DNA from: a virus
Taxonomy: Duplodnaviria; Caudoviricetes
Direction: 5' to 3' (one strand)
DNA: 38,712 nt
Virus record (IMG/VR): IMGVR_UViG_3300002301_000037
Span: 1-38,712 of that record
Below, piece by piece: positions 28,680 to 36,467 of this stretch. The notes under the pieces were generated by a model that ran no database searches, was not told the origin of the DNA, and was given only the letters and a program-made list of their open reading frames with translations. Made by a program: the position numbers and the translations under genes. Numbering within the stretch: the stretch's first letter is position 1; every line of letters begins with the position of its first letter.

Positions 28680-28892
28680 ATGAAACTCAAAGCCGCCGAT
28701 CGCAAAAAGATGCCAGCTAGAGAGTTTGCGTTGCCTAAGACCAAGGGTTTCCCTCTAAATGACCCTACCCACGCCCGCATGGCGATTTCAGGCGCAACCA
28801 GGTCTGAGCGCGCCGGGAACATCAGCCCCGCGACTGAAGCGGAGATCAAATCTAAGGCGCGGGCTAAGCTCAAGAGCGGCAAAGGTAAATAG
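28680..28892 (+). CDS. Small basic phage protein (DUF6582-like)
   Basis: RKKMPAREFALPKTKGFPLNDPTHARMAIS matches the L...FA.P....YP..D..HAR.A pattern. Confidence 0.72.
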   Translation: MKLKAADRKKMPAREFALPKTKGFPLNDPTHARMAISGATRSERAGNISPATEAEIKSKARAKLKSGKGK

Positions 28893-29092
28893 TGCGCATC
28901 ATCAGTGACACACAAATCTATCTTGCCTCCGGCGACGTTATCCCCGTAAAGTGTAAACAATGCGGGGATATTTACCAACCTGAGGCAGATAGCGAATGTT
29001 CAGATTGCCCAAAATGCGGGGCGCTTAATCACCACAAGCATGTTGGTGAATGGTTGAGGTCTAATCAAACAGATCGAGAGACATCGTCGTGA
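28892..29092 (+). CDS. Zinc-ribbon protein, 66 aa
   Basis: TAGTG coupling; CKQCG...CPKCG. Confidence 0.7.
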   Translation: MRIISDTQIYLASGDVIPVKCKQCGDIYQPEADSECSDCPKCGALNHHKHVGEWLRSNQTDRETSS

Positions 29093-29795
29093 AATTCTCG
29101 GTTGGTGTATTTCGGAAGTCTATAACTCTAACATGCGCTTTCCATGAATTGCACATACGACACAGGACTTGCAGGTTATCGACTTCATTTGTTCCGCCGC
29201 GCGCCAATGGCTTTATGTGATCAATACACAACTTCTCGGTTGATCCGCACCTTAGACATTTGTGACCGTCACGAGCGAAAACCAACCGTATCTCGGCAGC
29301 TTTTAGTGTACCGCCAGCGTTTAGCACCTTAGCGCGACGATCGTAGTTGTATTGGCGCAACTTGTCAGGGTTTCGCTTCAACCAATCTTTGCGCCTCTGG
29401 AGAAGAATCGACTTGTCACGCGACGCATCGTATATTTTCTGCTTTGCTTTGAACTCTGGAGTTCCATAGCCTTTAGGTTTCTTGCCGGACCCACGTTTTT
29501 TAATCGAGTAGACAGTACAGCATAGCCTGCAAGTACTATTCAAGTGATCAGCCCTGCACAACGACTTAGAAAAAGCCGACACCAACTTAACTTCTCCACA
29601 TTTAGGGCATCTCTTTGTGCCATCAGGATGTAATACAGTTGGAATAGGATAGGACGGCTTAAAACGAGGACGCAACTTCTGGCATGATTTGCAGTAACAA
29701 CACATACCATCGCCGGTCTGTTTAGATTTGTGAAAGCTAGAATGAGGCTGTTCTGTTTTACACTTGGGGCATCTCTTGAGGTAAACTTCGGACAC
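29061..29795 (-). CDS. HNH endonuclease with two N-terminal Zn-finger repeats (free-standing homing endonuclease-like)
   Basis: Two KRCPKC...F.KS....D.....C..C repeats; C-terminal RDGHKCLRCG...IDHIKPLARGGTNEVDNLQVLCRMCN; antisense to the surrounding operon. Confidence 0.92.
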   Translation of the reverse strand: MSEVYLKRCPKCKTEQPHSSFHKSKQTGDGMCCYCKSCQKLRPRFKPSYPIPTVLHPDGTKRCPKCGEVKLVSAFSKSLCRADHLNSTCRLCCTVYSIKKRGSGKKPKGYGTPEFKAKQKIYDASRDKSILLQRRKDWLKRNPDKLRQYNYDRRAKVLNAGGTLKAAEIRLVFARDGHKCLRCGSTEKLCIDHIKPLARGGTNEVDNLQVLCRMCNSWKAHVRVIDFRNTPTENFTTMSLDLFD

Positions 29796-29805
29796 GGCTT
29801 TTCAT

Positions 29806-29899
29806 CTCCTTTACAGATGGATCGCTTAGGTTCCGTGCGGTGTTTGCAGCACTTCACGGAACTGCCTATATTATACCTTTTTGAGATAGAAAGTGGCGA
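29806..29899 (-). promoter_or_regulatory. Promoter, 5' hairpin and SD of the HNH gene
   Basis: TATAAT at 29875-29870, hairpin GTTCCGTG-AA-GTG-CTGCAAA-CAC-CG-CACGGAAC at 29862-29830, AAGGAG at 29811-29806. Confidence 0.65.
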
Positions 29900-29902
29900 C
29901 GC

Positions 29903-32338
29903 ATGGCTAGACTAAGCCGCGATGTGATTGAAGGCGCGATAGGGTTCGACTCAACGTCCGATCGGGCTGACCTCGATCCTAAATACGCGCAGATGATTGT
30001 CAACATGCTTCCGGACCGTTCAGGCATCATTCGCGGTAACGTCTCGCTATCTCCACTCACTCAAACGTTCGCAGCTCAGATCGATGGGCTCGGTTGGTTC
30101 TACCAGGCACCCACATCCGTTCCGAAACTCCTCGTTGTTCAGAACACGACCGTAGGTTACTATCCATTAGTCAATAGCGGCGGACTACCGACCACGTACC
30201 CACCGACGTTCACCGGCCCTTCTGTTACAGCAGGCGTATTCCTCGCGGGTGAGCGCGTCCGGATGCTAGGCTTCGGAACCGAAGTATACGGCACCCAAGA
30301 GAACAACACAAATACGAACTTCCGTCTGACGTACGGCGGCTCCGTGTTTCCAATGGGCATTCCTACTCCGACGCTCATATTAGGCACTGGAGGCGTCACA
30401 ACCCAGTCAGCGCCGCTCACGGCAGGCACCGCGTTTAATGGCACTGTGACCTCTGGCGATGCGCCGTTTACGATTACTGGGGCGACGAATGCAAATCCGA
30501 TCATCATCACAACCTCAGTAGATCACGGGTACCAACCAGGCGATAGGGTATGGGTAGCAAGTGTCGGCGGCAACACGGCGGCGAATGGGTTTGCCTACGT
30601 CGGCGTCACGACTCATAACACATTCGGGCTCTTTACAACGGGTGTACCGCCGAACTACCAATTCCAATTTACCGGCGCAACGATCGTGGTCACTACCGGC
30701 GTGCCTGCGGGTTACAATCTCACGGCCGTGGGCGCGTTCACGAAATATATTTTCACCGCTGGCGACGAGGTTTCGCTGATCTCCGGAACTAACGTCAACG
30801 TGGGATCTTACGCGATCATCGGCAAGCTGAGTAACGACACGATTCAGCTCGGTACAAATCCCGTCGCGAGCGGTACGACAGCTTTTAACGTCGCAGGTCA
30901 ACCGGTCGGCAGCGGCAAAGCAGGCAGCGGCGGCTACACGAGCGGCGGCACAGTCGTCCGTTACAACAAATTCGGCGTCGTTCAGTACTCCATGACGTTT
31001 GTTGACGGCTTAGGACGCGAAAGTGACCTTTCAACGCCCGTTTCAGTCAATTTTAGCTCAACCGCGGAAGATGCGCTCATCACAGCCACCGGGCTAGCGT
31101 CCGCCGGCGCCAACGGATCGGTAGTATCCGCCAACATCTACGCCACGGCCGGCAACGGCATAGTTTTTTACCTCATTGGCAACCTCGCATGGGCGTTTTC
31201 AGACCCGTACATGGAGGATAACCTCACAGACGCCGAGGTAGACAACTCCCAGAACCAGATATCCGCCAACTTCGGGGAGAATGCGCCGCCTCTACCAGCC
31301 ACGAACCTTGCAAGCGACAACGGGCGGATCTACTTGGATGCTACGGCGTACCCAGGCGTACTCCAGATCAGTAATCAGAACAGCGCAACGCAGTTTGCAG
31401 GCACTCCGATCCAACAAACGGACGGCGAAACCATCTCCATTACCACCGATCAGGGCAATAGTCTTAACGGCTTCGCTACGTTCGGCAGTATGTTCGCTAT
31501 CTTGCTCCGGCGCGGCATGTATGTGCTCCAGGGCACCGACTACACGACGTGGTACCTAACTCGAATACACGACAGGGGCAGCATCTCGAAAGACAGCGTT
31601 GTAAGGGCCGATAATCACGTCGTATGGCTGTCAGATGACGGGGTTTATGTTGGATCGTACATTTATAGATTCCAGCTTGAGAAGATCAGCAAGCCGATCG
31701 AGAGCATCATTTACAACTACAACAGCACCGTTGCAGGTCGCGCGGCAATGGAAACCTCATGCGCGGCGTTCATGGATAACACGTACTATATCGCCATCGG
31801 CAACACGATCTACGGGTACAACTTCGATACGACCGGATGGTTCACCCTGCAGCTCAGTGGATCTGCTACCGTCACGAGCATGACGGCGATCCAGCAGCAA
31901 GGCAGCCCCGGTTTGATTTACGTCGGGCTATCGGATAATACGACACGGCAACTCGATATCTACACGCAGAACCAAAATGTGAGTGGCCAGGTTTTCCGCA
32001 CTCGCTTAGTACAACCCGATCAATCAGACCAATCGTCGCACGGTAACGCAGTGGAGACGCTGCGAGCACGAACGAAGCGTGTCCGCGTCTACGGATCCGG
32101 GCAGCTATCCAGCGGCTGCACCATCACAATGACCTGCGATAGCCGTACCGAGACGTTTGCAATACCGGCATACGGCACGACGGGGTATCCGCCGATCCCT
32201 GAAGGTGTGTACGATACTATTTGTTACCAGGAATTTACCCCGTTGTCATACGGCTACAGCCGAGACGTAACCCTATCGCTAAACGGAACGGGGATTACAA
32301 TCCAATCAATCGTCGTGGAGTCGGAAGTTATCGGCTAG
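29903..32338 (+). CDS. Tail nozzle / packaged-DNA stabilisation protein (P22 gp10 / tail tubular B-like) with inserted domains, 811 aa
   Basis: N-terminal GFD....L....AQ...NM motif; beta-propeller-like C-terminal half (GSISKDSVV...VVWLSDDGVY...KISKPI...YNFDTTGW); inserted ITGATNANPIIIT...HG...GDRV...GYTSGG module. Confidence 0.8.
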   Translation: MARLSRDVIEGAIGFDSTSDRADLDPKYAQMIVNMLPDRSGIIRGNVSLSPLTQTFAAQIDGLGWFYQAPTSVPKLLVVQNTTVGYYPLVNSGGLPTTYPPTFTGPSVTAGVFLAGERVRMLGFGTEVYGTQENNTNTNFRLTYGGSVFPMGIPTPTLILGTGGVTTQSAPLTAGTAFNGTVTSGDAPFTITGATNANPIIITTSVDHGYQPGDRVWVASVGGNTAANGFAYVGVTTHNTFGLFTTGVPPNYQFQFTGATIVVTTGVPAGYNLTAVGAFTKYIFTAGDEVSLISGTNVNVGSYAIIGKLSNDTIQLGTNPVASGTTAFNVAGQPVGSGKAGSGGYTSGGTVVRYNKFGVVQYSMTFVDGLGRESDLSTPVSVNFSSTAEDALITATGLASAGANGSVVSANIYATAGNGIVFYLIGNLAWAFSDPYMEDNLTDAEVDNSQNQISANFGENAPPLPATNLASDNGRIYLDATAYPGVLQISNQNSATQFAGTPIQQTDGETISITTDQGNSLNGFATFGSMFAILLRRGMYVLQGTDYTTWYLTRIHDRGSISKDSVVRADNHVVWLSDDGVYVGSYIYRFQLEKISKPIESIIYNYNSTVAGRAAMETSCAAFMDNTYYIAIGNTIYGYNFDTTGWFTLQLSGSATVTSMTAIQQQGSPGLIYVGLSDNTTRQLDIYTQNQNVSGQVFRTRLVQPDQSDQSSHGNAVETLRARTKRVRVYGSGQLSSGCTITMTCDSRTETFAIPAYGTTGYPPIPEGVYDTICYQEFTPLSYGYSRDVTLSLNGTGITIQSIVVESEVIG

Positions 32339-32355
32339 CTCACCAACAAATCGGC

Positions 32356-32380
32356 CCGACTTCATAGCGATATGAGTCGG
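32356..32380. terminator. Stem-loop downstream of the nozzle gene
   Basis: CCGACTTCATA-GCGA-TATGAGTCGG (one bulge; GNRA loop on plus strand); followed by TTTGTT on the minus strand. Confidence 0.5.
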
Positions 32381-32400
32381 ACCGTTCGCCGTGCCAATCA

Positions 32401-32510
32401 AGAACCGGGCGCTCTTACCGCTAAGCTACTCCCGATCTATATCCCTGATGGGCTTATGGATTGCTCCAGGATCGCGAGGCAAGATTTGAACTTGCGCCTC
32501 CCAGCTTATG
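32401..32510 (-). ncRNA. Circularly permuted tRNA-like element (3' half, 35-nt spacer, 5' half)
   Basis: 3' half 32510-32471: CATAAGCTGGGAGGC-GCAAG-TTCAAAT-CTTGC-CTCGCGA-T. 5' half 32435-32403: TCGGGAG-TA-GCTT-AGCGGTAA-GAGC-G-CCCGG-TT. Acceptor and anticodon stems pair between the halves. Confidence 0.72.
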
Positions 32511-32539
32511 TGTACACACTCAACTATACCCCAAACACC

Positions 32540-32575
32540 ACAATGCCTCGCCGTTCTTAGCCGGCGAGGCATTGT
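32540..32575. repeat. Perfect 14-bp inverted repeat with 8-nt spacer
   Basis: ACAATGCCTCGCCG-TTCTTAGC-CGGCGAGGCATTGT. Confidence 0.95.
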
Positions 32576-32592
32576 AGGAGCAGAGACCAGAC

Positions 32593-32853
32593 ATGAGAAC
32601 CAACGAACAGGTAAACTATACCACACATCGACCAGAAAGGCATCAGATGGACGCAACAACTGACGAACCTCGTAGGATTAAGCACAACCGCGCGAAGTGC
32701 CTGGTATGCGGCGACACGATCGAAAGCAAGTCTCGCCACGACTACGTAACGTGCACTTGTGGAAATATCTCGGTAGACGGCGGCAGAGCGTACCTTGCAC
32801 GAATGGCAACTGACCTTCAGAAGTTTGAGGAGTTATCGGAATATGAATCCTGA
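32593..32853 (+). CDS. Small Cys-rich phage protein (DUF7695-like Zn-binding)
   Basis: NRAKCLVCGDTIESKSRHDYVTCTCGNISVDGG pattern; AGGAG upstream. Confidence 0.78.
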   Translation: MRTNEQVNYTTHRPERHQMDATTDEPRRIKHNRAKCLVCGDTIESKSRHDYVTCTCGNISVDGGRAYLARMATDLQKFEELSEYES

Positions 32854-33166
32854 AATGGCGCACACAGAGAACGGCACAATAGCCCACGGCACGAACGCCG
32901 TAGAGATAGACCCGGCAACCTACGTTCATATCAGTCGCGAAGAGATGCGGAACAACCTCCCAGATCCACTGAAGCTCAGAAACGAGCTAATACGGCTACG
33001 GAAGCACCTGGTACTGTCGAACGCGGCGTCCGGCTTAGATCCAAGGCTGATAGCGCACGCAGCACGCATAGCGGAATTGAAACAACTCTCGGGCGGTGAA
33101 TTGATGAACCCTGAAAGCGCGATGAATAGGATACGGGATATCGAGGAGAAGCTGAAGGACAGGTGA
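32843..33166 (+). CDS. Hypothetical helical protein, about 107 aa
   Basis: GAGGAG SD before ATG 32843; overlaps the upstream stop; converges with the minus-strand block. Confidence 0.65.
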   Translation: MNPEMAHTENGTIAHGTNAVEIDPATYVHISREEMRNNLPDPLKLRNELIRLRKHLVLSNAASGLDPRLIAHAARIAELKQLSGGELMNPESAMNRIRDIEEKLKDR

Positions 33167-33172
33167 CCGCAC

Positions 33173-33451
33173 TCACTCTTTCATATCCGGATGCGACGAC
33201 CTCACGTTCTGGCAAAACGATAAGTGCACGTGTAATATCACGTGTACGATGGCTAAATCGGCATAATGAAACGGGTAATGATTCTGGTCAACTTTGAACC
33301 GATCGTAGTCCCGTCCACGTTCGAGCAACCCCATATCACGCCACTTAGATAGTTCGCGACGCCACGCCTGCGCCTCATATACACGTCCGACCGGGTACCG
33401 GCGGCTCAGTTCCTTTGCAGTGTAGTATTCACGTCCGCCGACGATCAGCAT
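33173..33451 (-). CDS. Putative DNA-binding (winged HTH-like) protein, 92 aa
   Basis: REYYTAKELSRRY...LSKWRDMGLL resembles excisionase/MerR-type HTH proteins; GGAGGA SD. Confidence 0.55.
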   Translation of the reverse strand: MLIVGGREYYTAKELSRRYPVGRVYEAQAWRRELSKWRDMGLLERGRDYDRFKVDQNHYPFHYADLAIVHVILHVHLSFCQNVRSSHPDMKE

Positions 33452-33886
33452 TTACCGCGATTCCTCCGAACCTCTACCCTGGCACTGCTCACATAAGGAC
33501 CATTGAGTATCAAACCCCGACCCGCCGCACCTACTGCACAGGTTATACCCCATTGCGGCGATGCTCAGGAAATTGTCTATGATCTGGGGCCGCTTAGCTC
33601 GCCCGCGATCGGTTTTGACAGCTACGAATCGTCGCTTCGTCTCCAAATACTCTTGCATAGCCTCCATGGCAGGTGTTTCGTCGATGCACCCCCAAGAATG
33701 AATGTTACTCGGCGTGTTATTTTTCCCGCACTCAGCCTCAATGGTTCGATGCAATCGATACTCGGCGTTCTGCCAGCGCAACATAGCCACAAATACCTCT
33801 GTAGGGCGATTAGACAGCAGTTCATCGGCCATATGCGCAGCCTCTCGGATCAGTTCCTCTTTTGTTCGTGGGGCGCTCACTATCAA
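33452..33886 (-). CDS. Hypothetical protein with C-terminal CxxCxGxG zinc finger, 144 aa
   Basis: CSRCGGSG...CEQCQGRG; TTGA overlap with the upstream stop. Confidence 0.7.
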   Translation of the reverse strand: MIVSAPRTKEELIREAAHMADELLSNRPTEVFVAMLRWQNAEYRLHRTIEAECGKNNTPSNIHSWGCIDETPAMEAMQEYLETKRRFVAVKTDRGRAKRPQIIDNFLSIAAMGYNLCSRCGGSGFDTQWSLCEQCQGRGSEESR

Positions 33887-34083
33887 ACACCCTTCCTGTC
33901 GGCGTATTTGCGACGCAAATCCTCCTGAACTTGGGCGCGCGTGCGGCCAAAACCGGCGTCAATTCCGGCGGAAGACGTTTTAACTCTATCGAAATTGTCG
34001 TGCCCAATCATTTGTTCCACCGCGCGATCTATTGCATCGCTTACCAACTTAACCGCGTTGATCTTTTTTTGAGTTAATGCCAT
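33883..34083 (-). CDS. Hypothetical protein, 66 aa
   Basis: ATG 34083 (MALTQKKINAVK) directly after the upstream stop. Confidence 0.65.
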   Translation of the reverse strand: MALTQKKINAVKLVSDAIDRAVEQMIGHDNFDRVKTSSAGIDAGFGRTRAQVQEDLRRKYADRKGV

Positions 34084-34084
34084 T

Positions 34085-34465
34085 TTACTTCTTACTCCAT
34101 ACCGGACTATCAATCTCAGACGCCCGCTTCAACGGCGGAGCGTCGCTGAACTCCATCATGGCCCAGCGCGTTTTGTCAAGGATCACAACTTCCGCCGAAG
34201 TGTTCCTGCGTTTCGACAACACTTGCAACACGTCCATCGTCAACCGTATCGCAGTGGCAAAATTGGGATGATTCGGGTCAAACGTGTGACCGTCCCGTGC
34301 CGCTAATTCGGTCAGGATCGACACCGTCATCGCGCGCCGCTCCGTCTCCTCATCAGACGTGAATCTGCTCCGACGCTCGATCGCTTTGATCTGGTCAAGC
34401 GCCTCGTTGGCGCAGTGGTAGCAACCTTGGCCGCCGCATTGGCTACATGGGAGAATTGAGGGCAT
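34085..34465 (-). CDS. Hypothetical protein with N-terminal Zn motif, 126 aa
   Basis: CSQCGGQGCYHC; TAATG coupling. Confidence 0.7.
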   Translation of the reverse strand: MPSILPCSQCGGQGCYHCANEALDQIKAIERRSRFTSDEETERRAMTVSILTELAARDGHTFDPNHPNFATAIRLTMDVLQVLSKRRNTSAEVVILDKTRWAMMEFSDAPPLKRASEIDSPVWSKK

Positions 34466-34920
34466 TAATCCGACTCGTCCATCATCTCAGTAACAATCCG
34501 ATTGATAGTTCCAATCACATTACCGCGCATGCCGTACTCGATCATGCCCGCACAACCGATTACATGGCAGTGTATCGTGCCGATCGGTCTGGTTACGGGC
34601 TCATAACCACACACGTTGCAATGCCATTTCTGCTCCGGCTCAGGGTAGCGGAACTCGGTCGAGTACTTCTCCGGATTATTGAACCCGCGCTGGAATGCAG
34701 CCTGAATCTGTGGTAACTGATCGATGACGCTCACGTGTCGGCGCATCCTCCTGGCACTGCACATCAGCACACTGAGCCCGCCCCAACAATCGAGATAGAC
34801 TTCGCGCTCATTGATCCATTCGCCAGCGGATCTGCGCGGGGGCTTACCGCCGATCAGATACCGGGGGAATTGCCACTCGCCGTCAACGAGCTCGCCCCAG
34901 TCGTATTTGCTACCGCACAT
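34465..34920 (-). CDS. Hypothetical Cys/Trp-rich protein, 151 aa
   Basis: GGAAGGA SD; CNVCG...CHVIGCAG. Confidence 0.65.
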   Translation of the reverse strand: MCGSKYDWGELVDGEWQFPRYLIGGKPPRRSAGEWINEREVYLDCWGGLSVLMCSARRMRRHVSVIDQLPQIQAAFQRGFNNPEKYSTEFRYPEPEQKWHCNVCGYEPVTRPIGTIHCHVIGCAGMIEYGMRGNVIGTINRIVTEMMDESD

Positions 34921-35137
34921 CGGGCAGTTCCTTCCTGTTATTGATAGAGTGCCAGAACGCGCTTACTTTTTGCCAATACTCAGTCTCCGACACATCGCCC
35001 ATCGTTGTGTATTTGTCGTACTCTTGCTTGGTTATCGGTATCGGATCTGCGTCTACCAGATACCTACACCAATACTGCAACGGCTCGCGCAGCGTGCGCC
35101 TGAATACTCCTACTCTACGATGGTTCTCATCGCTCAT
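34910..35137 (-). CDS. Hypothetical protein, 75 aa
   Basis: GAGGAG SD; operon packing. Confidence 0.65.
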   Translation of the reverse strand: MSDENHRRVGVFRRTLREPLQYWCRYLVDADPIPITKQEYDKYTTMGDVSETEYWQKVSAFWHSINNRKELPDVR

Positions 35138-35335
35138 CTATCTACTCCTCGTAACTCTCGGCGATTGCTCAGGCATCTCCGGCGCGACATAATCAGGATC
35201 GTCGTCGTCATGCGGGCATAGCCGTGCCCACCGACGCTTGATTGCTGAATCGGCCAGTTCGGCCCGCGTCGGCTCTACTACCTCTTCGAATTTGCCGAGG
35301 GCTTTTAGGAGGCTGTCGCGGATGTCGTCAGGCAT
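35138..35335 (-). CDS. Hypothetical protein, about 65 aa
   Basis: TAATG-coupled start MPDDIRDSLLKAL with GGAG SD. Confidence 0.6.
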   Translation of the reverse strand: MPDDIRDSLLKALGKFEEVVEPTRAELADSAIKRRWARLCPHDDDDPDYVAPEMPEQSPRVTRSR

Positions 35336-35607
35336 TAGTGCGATAGCTCCACGCAATCAAATTCGTTGGTCGCGTCATTGGATGGCCTAATGCTAAATAT
35401 ATGCGCGTATCTCGGCAGTTCTACCTCCAACAACGAGGCGATGTAACCAGCAATACCTGGACTGAATATCCTCATGATTTTGCGTTGGTTAATTTGGAGC
35501 CTCCGCGCCCGGCTCAGATATCTACCCCACTGTCGCGCCTTACGTTCCCGTCTCGGCTGCAACAGGTTACGCATCCTACTCTTGCGGCTCATTTGTTGGC
35601 GGGTCAT
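35335..35607 (-). CDS. Arg-rich hypothetical protein, 90 aa
   Basis: ATGA overlap with the upstream gene. Confidence 0.6.
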   Translation of the reverse strand: MTRQQMSRKSRMRNLLQPRRERKARQWGRYLSRARRLQINQRKIMRIFSPGIAGYIASLLEVELPRYAHIFSIRPSNDATNEFDCVELSH

Positions 35608-35876
35608 TGGTCTCTACCTGGCGGCTCGATTGGTGGATTAGCATCCACGCTAATTTCTGCTGAAGCATCCCAACGGCCCCATATCAGTGTGCTTTGATTT
35701 GACTTCTGCATTGACAAAAGCCTTGCTCTCACTTCGTTCTCATCCGACGGCCGGCACGGCACTTGCTCAGGATCGTCGTATCTTGTGATCGATTGCCAGG
35801 AACGGCGCTCCGCTAGCTCACCATAGCACGCGCCGAGAATGAACATCGCGATGCCGACGAAGATTGTTAGTGCCAT
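35604..35876 (-). CDS. Small protein with N-terminal hydrophobic helix, 90 aa
   Basis: MALTIFVGIAMFILGACYG; GGAGGGG SD; TAATG coupling. Confidence 0.7.
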   Translation of the reverse strand: MALTIFVGIAMFILGACYGELAERRSWQSITRYDDPEQVPCRPSDENEVRARLLSMQKSNQSTLIWGRWDASAEISVDANPPIEPPGRDQ

Positions 35877-36130
35877 TATCCCCTCCTATCTGGATACAGC
35901 GCCATCACGCGCGCCATAAACTGGCGTGTTATCGGTAACTGACGGCTCTGGTACTGTCGGTACACGCACGGCGCCATGTTGAGCCTGTACGCCATGCCCT
36001 GGATCGTGGTGCCTATCTCATGTTGCACTGCCAACATAACAGCCGCAGCGGCCTCCTGCTCATCTAACAACGCCTCGTCAGTGGCGCTGCAGCACCCTTT
36101 ATATCGGCTTATCAGTTGATCGGTTGCCAT
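35876..36130 (-). CDS. Possible HTH (XRE-like) protein, 84 aa
   Basis: GTTIQGMAYRLNMAPCVYRQYQSRQLPIT resembles an XRE helix-turn-helix. Confidence 0.55.
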   Translation of the reverse strand: MATDQLISRYKGCCSATDEALLDEQEAAAAVMLAVQHEIGTTIQGMAYRLNMAPCVYRQYQSRQLPITRQFMARVMALYPDRRG

Positions 36131-36290
36131 GATTGCAATTACCTACAGAGTACTGGCATGGGTGATATGAAGGGTCGTAGTAGAAGCGCATCGACGCCCA
36201 GTAGCGCCTGCCACAGATAGCGCATCGAACGCGCTGACGGCCGGGAATATCACGAGAAAGGGCGCGCCGCTTATAGTCCGGTAGATCCAC
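36099..36290 (-). CDS. Hypothetical Cys-containing protein, 63 aa
   Basis: GAGGA SD before GTG; CAICG motif. Confidence 0.55.
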   Translation of the reverse strand: MDLPDYKRRALSRDIPGRQRVRCAICGRRYWASMRFYYDPSYHPCQYSVGNCNHGNRSTDKPI

Positions 36291-36429
36291 GGCCTATCCT
36301 CGTAATCGCGGGCAACATCTGGTTAATCATGTGCAGGATGAGATTGTCCGATTTGCCTTGCATCCAGTCGGGGCCTAGAACCGATTCGTAGTAGCTGACC
36401 ACGAGGCTTACTTTAGCGTTGACGTTCAT
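36271..36429 (-). CDS. Hypothetical protein, 52 aa (below ORF-track cut-off)
   Basis: GGAGG SD; MNVNAKVSLVVSYYESVLGPDWMQGKSDNLILHMINQMLPAITRIGRGSTGL*; fills the gap after the terminase. Confidence 0.6.
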   Translation of the reverse strand: MNVNAKVSLVVSYYESVLGPDWMQGKSDNLILHMINQMLPAITRIGRGSTGL

Positions 36430-36467
36430 GCTTTAACCTCCATCGACAGTGTTCCATTGGTCTTCAG

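Noticed and set aside
32436-32470. CTGATGG on the plus strand of the tRNA spacer resembling a hammerhead core
   Set aside because: No GAAA element or compatible three-stem arrangement.
32401-32510. Two-piece tmRNA or simple attP tRNA fragment
   Set aside because: It has a paired D-stem and no G3-U70 pair or evident tag ORF; a simple attP would carry only one half, and no integrase is in the window.
15328-33166. Recombinase-driven invertible segment
   Set aside because: No matching inverted repeats were seen at the two block ends and no invertase gene is present.
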